Positions 1 through 13,200 of a stretch of 64,000 nt of DNA are shown here, in pieces (within the stretch, counting starts at the first letter, position 1; each line of letters begins with the position of its first letter). This DNA comes from Oopsacas minuta (taxonomy: Eukaryota; Animalia; Porifera): NCBI GenBank assembly GCA_024704765.1, contig JAKMXF010000266.1, forward strand, positions 186,001 through 250,000, written 5' to 3'. A program made the translations under genes and the position numbers. The notes beneath the pieces were generated by a model. That model saw nothing but the letters and a program-made list of their open reading frames with translations, ran no database searches and was not told the DNA's origin.

Positions 1-239
1 TATATTATATTCAATAAGAACAATAGATTATTGGAATTTCTTTCTCTATTGTTAATACCTTGTTTAGTTAATAGAGTGATTATTTATTCGACATATAATG
101 ATTCCTATTGTATTTCCTATATACTAACGCGTCAGTTTTCACGATTCTTGTCATTACCAATCGAAACCTTGTCATAACCTGATTAACTATTTGAAATTGG
201 TTCACCTTTGATCTTATTTATTTTATTTCGGCTATTAAC

Positions 240-1352
240 TTACCTACTTGTCAACGCTTTTACTAAATTCCCAGGGATTTTCGTTGCCAACTCCTGGGTT
301 TCACAATTTCCCCCTACTTCACCCGAAACTATCAGAAATATGAGATTCCTGGTGGTATGTGCGTACATTATTTATTAATTGACTTACCTCGTGATAACTC
401 CACAAGAAGGATGGTAGCTTGGGTATACTGGGTAAGCATTGGTGACAAAGGCAACGCTGGGCTGTATGGCGTTCAGAAACTTCTGGGAGTTAGAATCATT
501 GAAATCTCCGTGTCTTGAAAGCTTCATGTGTGTGTGAGTCATATTCCAGCCTGCGACACTCCATTCGTTCACCAGCAGACACTCGATATCCACACCTTTG
601 AAATCTCCGGGTAGTAGCATTTTGAAATTGTTCGCTTCAATTGAGATGGTTATACTTCTGCCCTTCTTATTGTTTCCAAGATTAGCTCCTAGATACTTGA
701 AAGTTACTCCGTCCAAACCGTTGTTGCACAATGGGGGTTTAGAGTAGCAATCAGTGATACAGGGTTTTTGTTTATTCACATACTCTACGATGTCTGAACG
801 TCTATTCAGCCAATTTATGAATGTTGTGTCTGTGTAGTCTGATTCTTTCCCGGCAAGAATTATTCTCTCGAGGCCAGTTGAGCTATTTCCCTAAAGAAAG
901 ATGTATAAATTAAAATTGTCCTTAAAAATAGTTGTATTTAAACTTACAGTGAAAACTTCTGAGATAAAATTGAAATGTGCTTCCCCTGGATGGGTTATAA
1001 CGATAGTTTTCACTTGATCAACTGTATTTCTCATATAAGCCTGTACCATTCCGACATTCCAGCCTTCTACAACCTTTGTAGATTGTCCCATGTTGAAAAC
1101 TATTACTTCTCCGCTTGGACATTGAACCATGGTCGCATCTCCTTCTCCAAGGGGTAGCGAGTACACCAGTAATTGTCCTGAGGATTTAGGCATTGTTACC
1201 ATCCCACTTTCAATATCCCATTTACTCACTGAGGTGAGATGTGTCTCTGGCTCTTTTGCATACTGAATTATTTCATCAGGGTTGGGTAGAGATGCTGCCA
1301 AAATTAATTTTATGAATACTACCGCTATGAATATTGTACGGAGTTTTGCCAT
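240..1352 (-). CDS. Secreted ComEC/Rec2-like metallo-beta-lactamase-fold protein with degenerate metal motifs (exons 1352-948, 890-388, tentative 348-240)
   Basis: ORFs 891..1352 and 384..779 join in frame across a 57-nt GT-AG intron (947..891). N-terminus is hydrophobic and signal-like (MAKLRTIFIAVVFIKLILAAS). ComEC-like motifs: LPLGEGDATMVQCP, IVITHPGEAH, MLLPGDF, KLSRHGD, FLNAIQPSVA. The last exon (39-nt intron 387..349) is tentative. Confidence 0.6.
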
Positions 1353-2343
1353 TTTGAAGTTTGTTGTGATCTGAATGTGTGTAAGAATGAAGTTAGGTTT
1401 GTTCTATTTATATCCTGCTAAACTACTCTGAATTGTAACAATTCTAATTATCTGATAATTTGAGTTCATCTGTTGCTAATTACTGATCGCACTTTTGTTT
1501 TTCAATCTCTGTTACAAAGATACCCAAATCCCATTATGAATAGTAATGAACAGCTGTGTGCTTAGAAATAATAATAATCTATACTTAGCGAGGCTTCACG
1601 GCCTGCTAAAATATAATTCATTCTATTCTCACAGATCTAGTCAACCACAAACTTCGCATCGTACATTACCTGTAATGTTCTTATCCAACTGTAAAATAAT
1701 ACTTTAATGTTAGAAAATGGATTCAACATTCAGTTTACTCTGACCATGTGTAAGTAGTTCTGGCTTCAAACCACATATCTATTGTTTGGAACCTGATTTT
1801 ATATTCACTGTATATATTTCAATTGTTTTATCTATTACCGGGTGGCCAGAATGATGATTTTCGCTGAAAATTATTGCTTACGAACTTGTCAACCAATTCT
1901 GCTCTAACTTTGTATTTCTTATCTTTTTTATTTGGCCTCGTATATTTCCCATTTGAATTACTTGTGAATTATTGGAAGTTTGTAATGGTGAAAGGGAATA
2001 CTTTCTCACCATGGTGGTAAGAAGCTATTGTAAGCCATCCAAAATCTTAGACTCATACGAGCCACAATTATTCAGCAGGTATCTAATTATCCCATTGCGA
2101 TAACTGAAATTTGTCTTGCAAATAATACGCGAAAACATTCTTTTATTTTATTGGTTTCTAATTTAATATTTCAAAAAGGAATTCATGAGAAAGCGCAAGT
2201 CTAAATGCACTAATTTGTACTTAATTACAGCACATGGATGCTTTAATTCAATTCTCGTATCCATGCTATTCTTTGCTAACTTTTAACGTTTCTTAACTTG
2301 AAATATTGTCATGTTATAGGTACGTATTTTACTGTGAATTAGA

Positions 2344-5300
2344 ATGGCCAGTGGTTATGGTAGCAGTTGTCATCTACCAGTATTCTGCATTCCATTCCCT
2401 GAAACTCGTCGTATAGCAAATTCAACTGGAAATCTCCACAATGTTAACGTTAATCCCGCTCCAGAAAATGATTTTAAAATCCCCACTACTTTGAATACAG
2501 AACTCTATCATGAATATTCTGACAATTATAAGAATGCTATCTGCGAAGACCCCGCTAGAAAAATATCTGATACTAGCACATGGAGAGGTGATGAAGAATT
2601 TGTTAACAAGATTGATTATAACTTGAATAATGGAGACGAGGCCTCGATTACACAGATAGAGGATTCTGTATTTTCAGAATCAATCCGACCTGTCAAACGT
2701 CATACACCACCTAATGATATTTTACGCTCAGATAGAACAATACATAACGATACATACAATATTCCTAATGGAAACAGTAACTTGAAATTATCAAAGCTCT
2801 TCAATAGGTTTAGCAAACGACGTAAATCTGCTTGTGATTTGAGAGAGTATTACTCTGACACAGAACGTGAAGTTAAGGAAAAGAACAAGGGGAAAATAAG
2901 GTATATATTAGCAACACTATAACACATTTGGAATTTGATATTCGGCCTTGATTTTTGACATAATTTTTGCCATTAATTTGAATATTAATAATTAATATTA
3001 TATTAATATAGGTGGGGAAATAAAGAAGAGAAAACTTCGACTTGGAGACACAGTAATAGTCGAGAAAAGCTATCTAGTTTATCTCGTCTATCATCAGTTG
3101 ATATGAAGGGTTATTTGTCAGAAGAATTGCCGTATCGTCGTGACGTCAAAGGTAGGCGGATTAGGAAATCAATTAGCTTTGATTATCTTAAAGATAGAAT
3201 GTTTAATTCCACGTCTACACCTCCAAGATCTCGACCTGGTTCTCAGGTTAATATCCACGAAATTTCACACACAAATCAATCGAATTCAATATCGTTTATT
3301 TCTGATGATGAATCTGTTGGGAGTAGAGTTGGATCAGTTTCTATGCTCGGACGCAAACAAAATGCTATTTTATCTAAACTTTGGATTGCAGTTTGTCAGG
3401 CAAATTTTAACCGTGTTAAACATCTGGTGGAAACTTCCAATCTATCACAATCACTTTTTACTGAGAACATTCAACATGATGATTTAACCTTATTCGATCT
3501 TTCTTTACTAACGAATCATGACAGTATTATATCTCTTCTCGCAGCAAATGGATTTAGAGAAAGTCAGCGCTATTCACGCGACCCTCTTCTCAGAATCGCG
3601 AAATTTAAAGATATAATAATCGCAATTGAGCGGCAATTAATGGATTTATCCGAGACAATTACATCTAGTGAAAACCAAAGAGATATAGAGCGTAGAATAA
3701 ATAACAATGAAAATAAGCTGAGATTTTACCGTGTAGTAAATTTTGCCATACAAACAATAGGTTCACCTTCCCCTCCTACGCAAGTTATACTGACTGTCCG
3801 TTCAAATTCATCTTTACAAATTTCCTGGAGACAGCCATTACAATTCAATGAAGCTATAGTTACCAAATACCTAATACAATGGGAAAGGCGAGAATCGAAT
3901 TTTGGATTTGAAGGAGAACATTTGATTACAAACTTTACTGAGCAAAAGAGTGAAATGAGCTTTACTATCCCAGATTTGTGTCCTGGTGTTAAGTATTTTG
4001 TTTGTGTTTTTGCCGCGAATGTGAAAGGTTGGTCTGAGCCTGCTAACTCTAACCCAGCAGCAGCTGCTCCCTCAAATTGGAGAGAATGGAATGGTGCAAA
4101 TAAACATAGAATCGACCCGTACGATATCAATAACATAACTCGGTTACAAAAACAGACAAATCAAATAATTGAGGGATGCAAGGAATATTGTTGGAGACTT
4201 GCAAATAATGACAGACATAATAGTAACCATAAAATAGTCAATAAGTTAAAAAATAAAGGATCGGCTATCACACGGTTTTTCAAAGCTCCACTCAAATTCA
4301 CTCGACAAGTACAAGCATCATTTTACATTGGTATTCTAGTGTATACTGAGCACGAGTATACTTCCAAAAAAGATCATTATCAAATACTTCTAACTCCAGA
4401 AGGCTCTGTCCCAATTATACAATTAGATCAGAGTGTATCTAACTCGCTATTGACCGATATGAGTGTATTTCAATGGCTTTCTCTTGTCATAACTCAATGG
4501 AATTGTATTAAAGATATAGTCTATGAAATAGCTGGCATGGGAGATTCAAATTCAGTTATTTTACGGAGAAAACTGCTTAAAATATTATTTGACATCCAAG
4601 AAAGTTTAGGGCTTAAGACCATCGGGTCTTTGCATTATATTCCTATTGAACAGTCAGATGGTGCTACGATATACTGTCTAGTCAGTAAAGTTGAAGATTT
4701 GAGATATTTTCAACCAACAGGGGGTCTAAAATGGTCGTATATACCATCTAATGCTAACAAGCACGCAATACACTCTAACAGTCTGAAAGATGGAACAGAT
4801 TATCACAGTTTATTCTCTTTTATGAGTATTTGTCCAGAAATGGTAGAATTCCATAGAAATTCTAAAGCAAGGCCATCACCTGGTTTATACCTGTCTCTGT
4901 ATAAGCTAAGAACAAACATGAATTATTTGTCGATTTTAAGTGAATTGGAGAGTGTCATTCTCTTCCCTAGTGTTAAAATCCGCGAAAATTCCAACGTATC
5001 CAAAGAAGAATGGATTTGGATTCAAAATCTTGGAACTCTAAAACAACCAAAATCAGGAAAGAGAAGACAAGTCCCTGATGTAAATGGTGTAGGTTCGAAC
5101 TTGCAAACTCTAATAAAACAAGCTTGGCACTGTCTACGATCTAAGCTAGGCATTACAGCAGAACTAACTCAAGACTATTTACTCTATACGAATGAAATCA
5201 TTGAATTACACGATGATATTTCGATCTTATTTGTGATACCTCCTCCTTCACACGTTGTCACATCTCCTGGTGTTCAAGATGAGTTCGTATTTAACTCTAA

Positions 5301-6021
5301 ATTAACCACAATACCTCTGTCATCTGTCAAATTATCCCAATTAGCATTATTCCATTCTGATTACTTCGCTAAACATACGTATGTATCATGTGTATTAGAT
5401 TTGCTTGGACTTATCATAGGACAAAAAAGTAAAGAAGCAATCTCCAGTGAAGATTTATCCGAAGCAACTAATATATTACATCAACATGCACTACTCAATG
5501 AAATGCTTGCTGAGATGCGAAATGAGACAAACTGGATTGCCAACGTGTTAAAAGCCGCAAGGGATCAAGATAAACCCTGTGGAGTACCATTTACAATTTT
5601 AAACAGACAAATAAAAATGGTTCCAAAAGAAAAACAACAAACAAAGAAATCACCAACTCTCCCTGAAAAGAAAAACGCAAATCACGATACCAAACCTGGG
5701 GTCATTAGAGTATATCCAATGTATGAAACAGGATTAGTCAGAGGTACGAGCGTAAAAATATCATGCACACATTTAACAACATCAAGAGAGATAGTACGCT
5801 TAGTAGTGCAACAACTGCATACTGCTTCTGAAGAAGCTGGCCTCTCAAAGCTAGAATTAACTCATGATCAGTTAGATAACTTCTCACTTATCTCATCTGT
5901 TGGAAGTAAAGTTAGACTTCTTGATGACTCTGAACAGCCTCTTAATCTCAATGATCCATGGAAAAATGGGAAACTTTATGTAACTTCCAAGTCAGACGAG
6001 CCAACATCAACCACGGTTTAA
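2344..6021 (+). CDS. ANKFN1: Ankyrin-repeat, fibronectin type III and C-terminal RA-like domain protein (ANKFN1/wide awake family); exons 2344-2900, 3012-6021
   Basis: Intron 2901..3011 (GT-AG) joins the two ORFs in frame. Two ankyrin-like repeats (KLWIAVCQAN..., DLTLFDLSLLTNH), an FN3 domain (PSPPTQVILTVRSNSSLQISW...YFVCVFAANVKGWS) and the family-typical C-terminal GVIRVYPMYETGLVRGTSVKI motif. Confidence 0.85.
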
Positions 6022-6899
6022 CAGCTACCAAACACGAATGTATATTTTTATCGGTTAAATCAGTTGCTGTCGCGCGCTAACGAATGTATATAACAGTATA
6101 GTTGTCAACAGACATTTCAATCCTCACATTTTAAATCTCTGTTATCTCTTCTTTTATTCTAAATTCCAATGAACACTTACTATTATCGTGTATTTCTTTG
6201 TGTATTCAGTTTACCATAGATAACTCGCATCATTTTGACATATATTCTCCCGGGGTATTAATGTATTTATCCTTTATACCACGAGCAGTTTATATGAAGA
6301 GAGTTAGTTTCATTTTTTGCTCATTTTTTGCTCTCAAAATTGGATACATGGATCTAAAGTTCTAGCAAATTGCCAATTACCTTCGTGTAATACTAGAGAG
6401 TTAGCCAAAGAATAATACGCTGAATTAAGTAACTCACAATGGATTTGCTATATTACAGACATAATAATTCAATGTTATATCTGTATATTAATCGTACTCG
6501 AATAATAGTTTACTGAATGATAGTCATAGTGATACCTCTACTTTCTCTACCGGAATAAGTCAATACGTCACGGTGAGGAGTTTATTTCTATTATATAATT
6601 ATCGCATTAATTCATATTGGCAAAGATATCTATCAGTTTTACTACCAGACACTTGTTCATTACTACCTTTTGATCATTTATTGTAATCTACGATAGTTAG
6701 ATTATGAATACATTTGTAATTATTAAGTATACCGCAATATATCTTGAGTTGTACAATCTATGTAATTAAAGAAAAAATAATCGGGTTGTGGATTTATATT
6801 TCTATAGCTGAATTTATCTCTTTGTCTCTTCTTAATTAAATTATTTTCATAAATATTTATTTGCTCCATGAATTTCGCTCGTGCAATTCATTTGGTATC

Positions 6900-9800
6900 C
6901 TTTATAATTATTTTTAGAATATGGCTATATTTGGGATCTGGCATTATTGAGAATATTTTTTATATATCTAAAAGTTTTTCCTCAAAGAAAGGCGATATAT
7001 AAGTAATAATGAAGTCTCTGATTTGTTGAAATATTTTTAAAGATTATAATTAGCGATTTTAATAGAAAATATTTTGGAATTTTTCGATGATTCTAAAGCT
7101 GTGTGGCAGTGATTATTCCCGATTATCAACCAAACTCTTTAATCATACAAACAACATAATTTAATATAGAATTATCAAAGATAATATCTTGGGGTTTATG
7201 TAATTGATTGGTGTCCTTGTGTTTGCTCATTCGTCAAAATATCCTTAATAATTGTTTGACGATTATTTAGGCTATCTATGTATTACATTGTATATGATTA
7301 TTGCCTGAGGATGAGGTCAGGATGCGATATATTAAACTCAAGATTGGGGCGTTTCAACGGTAAATTAAATATTTCGAATTCATTTCTGGCAAAATCTATT
7401 GAATCAATAAATTCAAGTTGGCTTTCTAATTTTGGATTAAACTCTTACGAATTAATTACTACAGTTGTGCAATAAATTGGTGGATGCGTACAATGTATAA
7501 AGCACATTTTTGTATTTACATAGCTATCACTTTCTAATTTAGTAATATGTAATTATCGCAATGTTTATGTCCTCTGACGCAATTCAATCAATATTGCCAA
7601 TTTTTCTATAGACTGATTACCTCACATGAAACTGTAAATTCATTTTAGCCTGCAAACTATTTCCAGGCTAGTTTGTTGTCACACTCTGCGATTGTCTCGA
7701 AAATCTTTTCCATAATTGTTGTGGCGAAATTGCTGAATAAAATCCACGAAATTTGCTGTTTGTGTTTAGTAATTTTCGCATCTGAGTAGATCTTGGAATT
7801 CTTGCTCTCTTTCTATAATAATCACCTGATTAAGTCAACAATTCGGTTCTTTAGTATTTTGCCTATGTTTTACACCAAGGTTCCATGTATCGAAAAGATG
7901 CCAACTATCCTACATTTTTCTCTTGTGGAGAACTTTTAATATATTCTCCACTTCAATAATGTGGTTTAATTATTATCAGCTGTTTTAGGCTTGCTCCATC
8001 TGCACAATTGCTTATTTGAATTTATTGGCTTACAGGTAAGATATCTGAAATATACAGATCTTTCCTTTTCCATTTTCTAATTAGAATAACAATGTATTTC
8101 AATAGAATTACACAAAGCAAAATCATTTACAAACGATTTTAATACTCAATAATTAATTGTACATCGAAAATAATTTTTTCAGAATTCAGTGATTAAAATG
8201 TATCCCCAGAAATTTACTGATGATACCCTTTTTATTTTCAGTAGCCATTATTTGACGTAATTGATGCATTTTAATTTTGATTCATTGCAAATTTGCCTTA
8301 TCAAAAGTTTCATTTTTTTGTCCTGCAATCGATTTCTTGGGTATTATTTTCAAAAATATATTTGAAATTTGTATACATGTAAACATAGCAATTTAGTTAA
8401 TGATATATATTAAAGAAATCAATTGATTTTGCAGAGTACAGTTGACATCAGCAATCTCGAATCCACATCTCTGGTTATTATAATCTCCTAATATAGTTAG
8501 ATTAACGTATAATGCATTATTTTCATTTGAGAAATAAATATAGTTACAGAATTTGAAACACTCACGGTCACATTTTTCATAATATTTCCATTATGACCCC
8601 CCTGCAGGCCGAACTGTCTGGTCATGTTGCTCATCGCTTTAACTTGTCTAAAATTTCATATATATTATCTCTGTGACCACAGGGGTTGAGAAAAGCTGTA
8701 CTACATTAAAATTTGAATTTACATAATTGAACTTGATTTCGACACCACCGTCATTAGTTATACCTCCATACTGTTAGTAATTCTTCCCAGAAATTTCCTA
8801 TCAGTCTATTAAGAGCCAAAAAATTGTTTAAAATATTCTTCTCTCTATGATATACAGATTCCTCATTCCTTGTTGTCCTAAAGGTAATGAATGATTATTT
8901 TTAGAACAAATTGAACTATGTTTACTGAGCATACATATGGCTAAATAAATCCTTTTGAATTTCGCGTTGTCGTATTAATGGTTTCACATAGGTATATATT
9001 AATGAGAGTAAATTATTTTATATCTAGGAAATTTCGCGATTATTATGACGCTTAAAAGATTATCGTTTCTTCCCATATTTAATTTTCCAGTAATTTTCAC
9101 AATTATTCCGACATTTTTGCACAATATATTTGGGTTTGATTTAGATAAGATTTCTATGGTCTAGTGTTACTCAGCTCTCGCCTACGTTATTATGCAAATT
9201 TCCATCCAAGTTGAAATTTAATTAGAAACCACATTCATGTTCTGGGTTATTTGCGTGTTTTTGTCTCTTTATTGATTTAATTGTTTCGTACTACTATTAT
9301 TGACAGTATCCATCTGTTTACTGGTCAAGGCTATTCAATAATTTTATTTTTATTTTGGCTTATTTTTTCTCAAAATGGGCAAAATTTACATGAGAACATT
9401 TAATCTTTTGATCTATCCCTTTCATGCCATTCTGAATTTCTACTTACTTTCAGTCAAATTTATGCTAGTTAATACAAAATTTATATGTATTTCTGATATT
9501 GGGACGAATTTTTGTGTCATTTATTGGTATAATCTTCGAGATAATAAATAAATTTATTAACCCAAGTTAAAATCTTCATTTGTAACTAAAATATAGGCCT
9601 TGTTTAGGTGAATTCAATCAATCTCGTATTTCTATAAAACACACTACTATTTGTATTTTCTTAACTTCCCATTCAGATCTTCTATTTATCAAGTTTTATT
9701 TGCCGAGTTTATTTCCACAACTAAAAGAGAATTTTATTGCGCTTGTCACCGTGACGTGCATAAGATTAAATATATATATAAATCGAATTTATGGTATTTG

Positions 9801-10150
9801 TTAAAATCTTATTTATTAACTATTTTTAACGCTATTCGGCTCAAAATATTCTAGTTAGAATTCTTATAATATTATTAAATATTTCAGGAATATTATCCTC
9901 TAATTAACTAAAATAATTCATTTTATTAACCAAAGTTTTTTCCGAATTTATTTATTTCCCATTTTATAATTCTTAAAATTTATTTCAAGAATTTTATATG
10001 ATTTTCGTTTTACATTTTTCCATCATTTTGTTTGTCAAATTCTTTATCAAGAAATTCTAATGCCTCAAATATAATTACACATCCTTTGTCACAAGAATTA
10101 AAGCATTTTTCGTTTAATCAGATTCTGAAGTATGGTTCGTTGGTTTCACT
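6900..10150 (-). pseudogene. Possible decayed protein-coding or transposon remnants of unknown family
   Basis: Hand translation of the minus strand gives protein-like stretches broken by many stops, e.g. FNPKLESQLEFIDSIDFARNEFEIFNLPLKRPNLEFNISHPDLILRQ* (~7440-7300) and LNEKCFNSCDKGCVIIFEALEFLDKEFDKQ (~10120-10030). No family recognised. Confidence 0.2.
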
Positions 10151-10275
10151 TAACTTAGTCAAAACTCCTAAAATTATGAAATTATGAATATAGGCTAATA
10201 CAATCTATATAAATACAACAATAATCAATTAAATACGAATATCAAAAACACGTAGAAATACAAAAGCAAGTTAGC

Positions 10276-13200
10276 ATGTCAGATCTCATCCTTCCACTGA
10301 CTCCACTTTCTGATGTCCGTCGCGATCCTGAATACTTTGTCAAACCATTGACTCCCAGTGATAATCAACCTAATCCGATTACAGATATTTTAGTTATTCA
10401 TACTGCCGAGACAACTGAACTCCCACCAGCTAGTACCCCTACAGAATCAACAGCTACTGTCATTCTACAAGCACAAGATCCTGATATAAATAACGACTAT
10501 CATTGTTCAGATGAACATGTACAATTACCTTTGAAACGAGGAATTGACAGTGAAAGCGATACTTCCAACAAAAAATTGAAATTACAACATCCTCGTAGTC
10601 CACCCCATGAGCTACTTTTCTACAACAATATCTCTGGAAATAAAATGCGAATAAACTCACTATCTTATGCGACATCACCACTACATCACAATTCTAGGAA
10701 AAGTTTTACAGATTATCCCATCGAACATCTCAATTCTTCTTCCACAAGGAAGCCAGGCCGACCTTTAGGTAGCCTTAATTCTAAATCAAATAATCATCTA
10801 CACCTACCATTGGCTATTACCCCAACAGACGAGCACAATTTGAAACGAGGCCCAGGTAGGCCTAGGAAAATTTCCTTAGCCCACAGTCCTATTAGTTACG
10901 AAGCGAATAAACCAAAGAATCATCGCGGCCGCGGCCGTCCAAGACTGAACGCCAACAAATGCCGAACCCCTTCTAATAGCACAACTGCTTCGGTCCCTTA
11001 CGAGATCGGCAGTCTAGTCTGGGGTAAGATTAAGAGTTGTGAATGGTGGCCTGGGATGATTATCGCTCCCACCGTAATAGGTAAAACACATACTCCTATA
11101 GGATGTCAATGGATTACATGGCATGGAGAATACCAATACTCAGATGTTTTATATAAAAATATAAAACATATTACAAATTTCCTACAACTGTTTACTCCAT
11201 TGAGTGCTGCTAACTCAAACTATTGCGAGGCTATTTTCAAATGTATTAATATTGCGAAAAATCGAACTGAACTTCATAAATCAAAGTTAGCAGATAAGCA
11301 AGAATATGATTTCTCTGTTCCTGCTAATTTTGAGGATTTATTGAAAGATCGTAAGGATAAACAGAGAGAAATTAGAACTTTATCCAGTTTAACTCAAGAA
11401 CAACAGAATAAGCTAGCCTGGGCACTCAAGGGATTTCCTCCTTATGGTTTAGCCGGGCTGGCTACACGTTGTGAGGATGAATTAAGCCCTTATGATCCTT
11501 GCATACAAATGATCGATTCTGGCAGTGAGAATGATTCAATTGAAGAACTTGTAGTTATGGATATGAGCCGGTATGAAGAAGGACAATCATATGGATTTCC
11601 TAATAGAAATATTCCACAAGAATCAAAAACTGAAAAAGATAGAAAAAATAATCAGATGAATGTTGAACTCCTAAGACAGGGCCAAATTCAACTTCAACAT
11701 TTCTGCCTTGGCTGTCGCAAGTAAGTTTCAATTCATTACAAAAGCTAAAATTGGATAAATTACAAAAATACGATTTCAATAAGATAGCATATGTTCCATA
11801 GACCAAAAATTGCTTTTTATTCATTTCTTTTCATTGTATGCGAATTACGTATCATTATGTAATCAATAAATTTACTCGTTATCTATTGTCCAACAAATCT
11901 AATTTATGTATAACATCAAGTTATTAAGCTCCAAATGAACTAATTGAAGTATAATTTGCACTTAAGTAAGAACGTAACTTTTTGATCGAATTATGAATGA
12001 ATGTGTTTGTGTATATTCCTAGAATTGACAACATTATTGTTTGCAAATGTGTGTATTCTTTGGAACTGATTGAACCCATTTATTCTGTCTATGTCGTTAA
12101 TACCTTAGCACTCAAATTGCCTTTGAAATATATACATAAGTCCAATTTACTGATAGTTATTGTTTATTAAAATAATTATAAGAAGATGGAATGTTGAGAA
12201 ACTGGATTAATTAATGTTTCAATGAGTTAATTATCCCGTAATATAATTAATTATATATGGCTTATTGTCAGGCTGTACTTCAATATTGATGGATCATTCT
12301 GTTAATTTCTGATTAAAATTCTCAATAAATTTTAATAAATGAGAATATTAATTAAAATTAGTTTGAAATTTTATATTTATTATATTTAGGAATGATGAGG
12401 ACCTTAAGGAGCATCCCTTGATTGAAGGTGGGTTTTGTGATAATTGTTTCCTAGAATTTCGAGCTTGTTTCTACTTGTTTGATGAGAATGGCGAGCAAGA
12501 ATATTGTTCTATTTGTGCTGGCGGTGATAATGTTGTTATTTGTAATAACTCTTCATGTTTCTCATTCTGTCAGAGTTGTATTCAAGATTTAATTTCTAGT
12601 GAAGAAAAGGAAGCAATTATTAATCGAACAAATTGGCATTGCTTTCTCTGTCAACAAGCAGAATCTCAGGATAATCTGGAACTTAATTTTCTCAAAGTTC
12701 GACCAGATTGGAATGAGAGATTACACGCGGTATTTAACAGTACACAAAAGAAGCACATGTTTAGTTACAGAGCAAACTCTATACCACCACCTGTTCCCGC
12801 GAAATTTCGCACTTCCATTCGCGTACTCGGACTATTTGATGGAATATCAACAAGTATGCTAGCACTTAAAGAACTTGGATTTGAAATAGATTACTACATA
12901 GCTTCAGAGATCAACACCAATGCACATAAAGTCGTGCATCTTAACCACATGAGTGTAAAAAATGTTGGCGATATCAAGAAAATTAATCTCAGGGACATTC
13001 AAAACTGGGGGCCATTTGATCTCGTCTGCGGTGGACCTCCTTCACAAGATATTTCTCTAGACAATCCGAACAGAAAAGGTTTATATGACCAGAAGGGCAC
13101 TGGTCCGCTATTCTTTGAATTTTATCGAATATTGAATTATTGTCTGCCGAAGAAAGGCGATGATCGACCATTTTTCTGGTTTTTCGAAACAACAGCTTCA

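Noticed and set aside
1835-1856. TACCGGGTGGCCAG resembling a Tc1/mariner terminus
   Set aside because: No partner inverted repeat or transposase found in the window.
2311-2342. Upstream ATG plus GTACGT...TTAG mini-intron before ANKFN1
   Set aside because: ATG TTA TAG stops immediately, and a 23-nt intron is implausibly short.
8543-8559. 17-nt match (reverse complement) to 57410..57426
   Set aside because: A rough estimate gives about one such match by chance in 64 kb of this composition, and the match does not extend.
8670-8690. CCCCTGTGGTCA shared (opposite strand) with ~61650
   Set aside because: 12-nt match only, with no flanking similarity or target-site duplication.
11721-12389. Unusually long DNMT3 intron as a snoRNA host
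   Set aside because: No convincing C/D box pair with terminal stem or H/ACA structure could be identified by eye.
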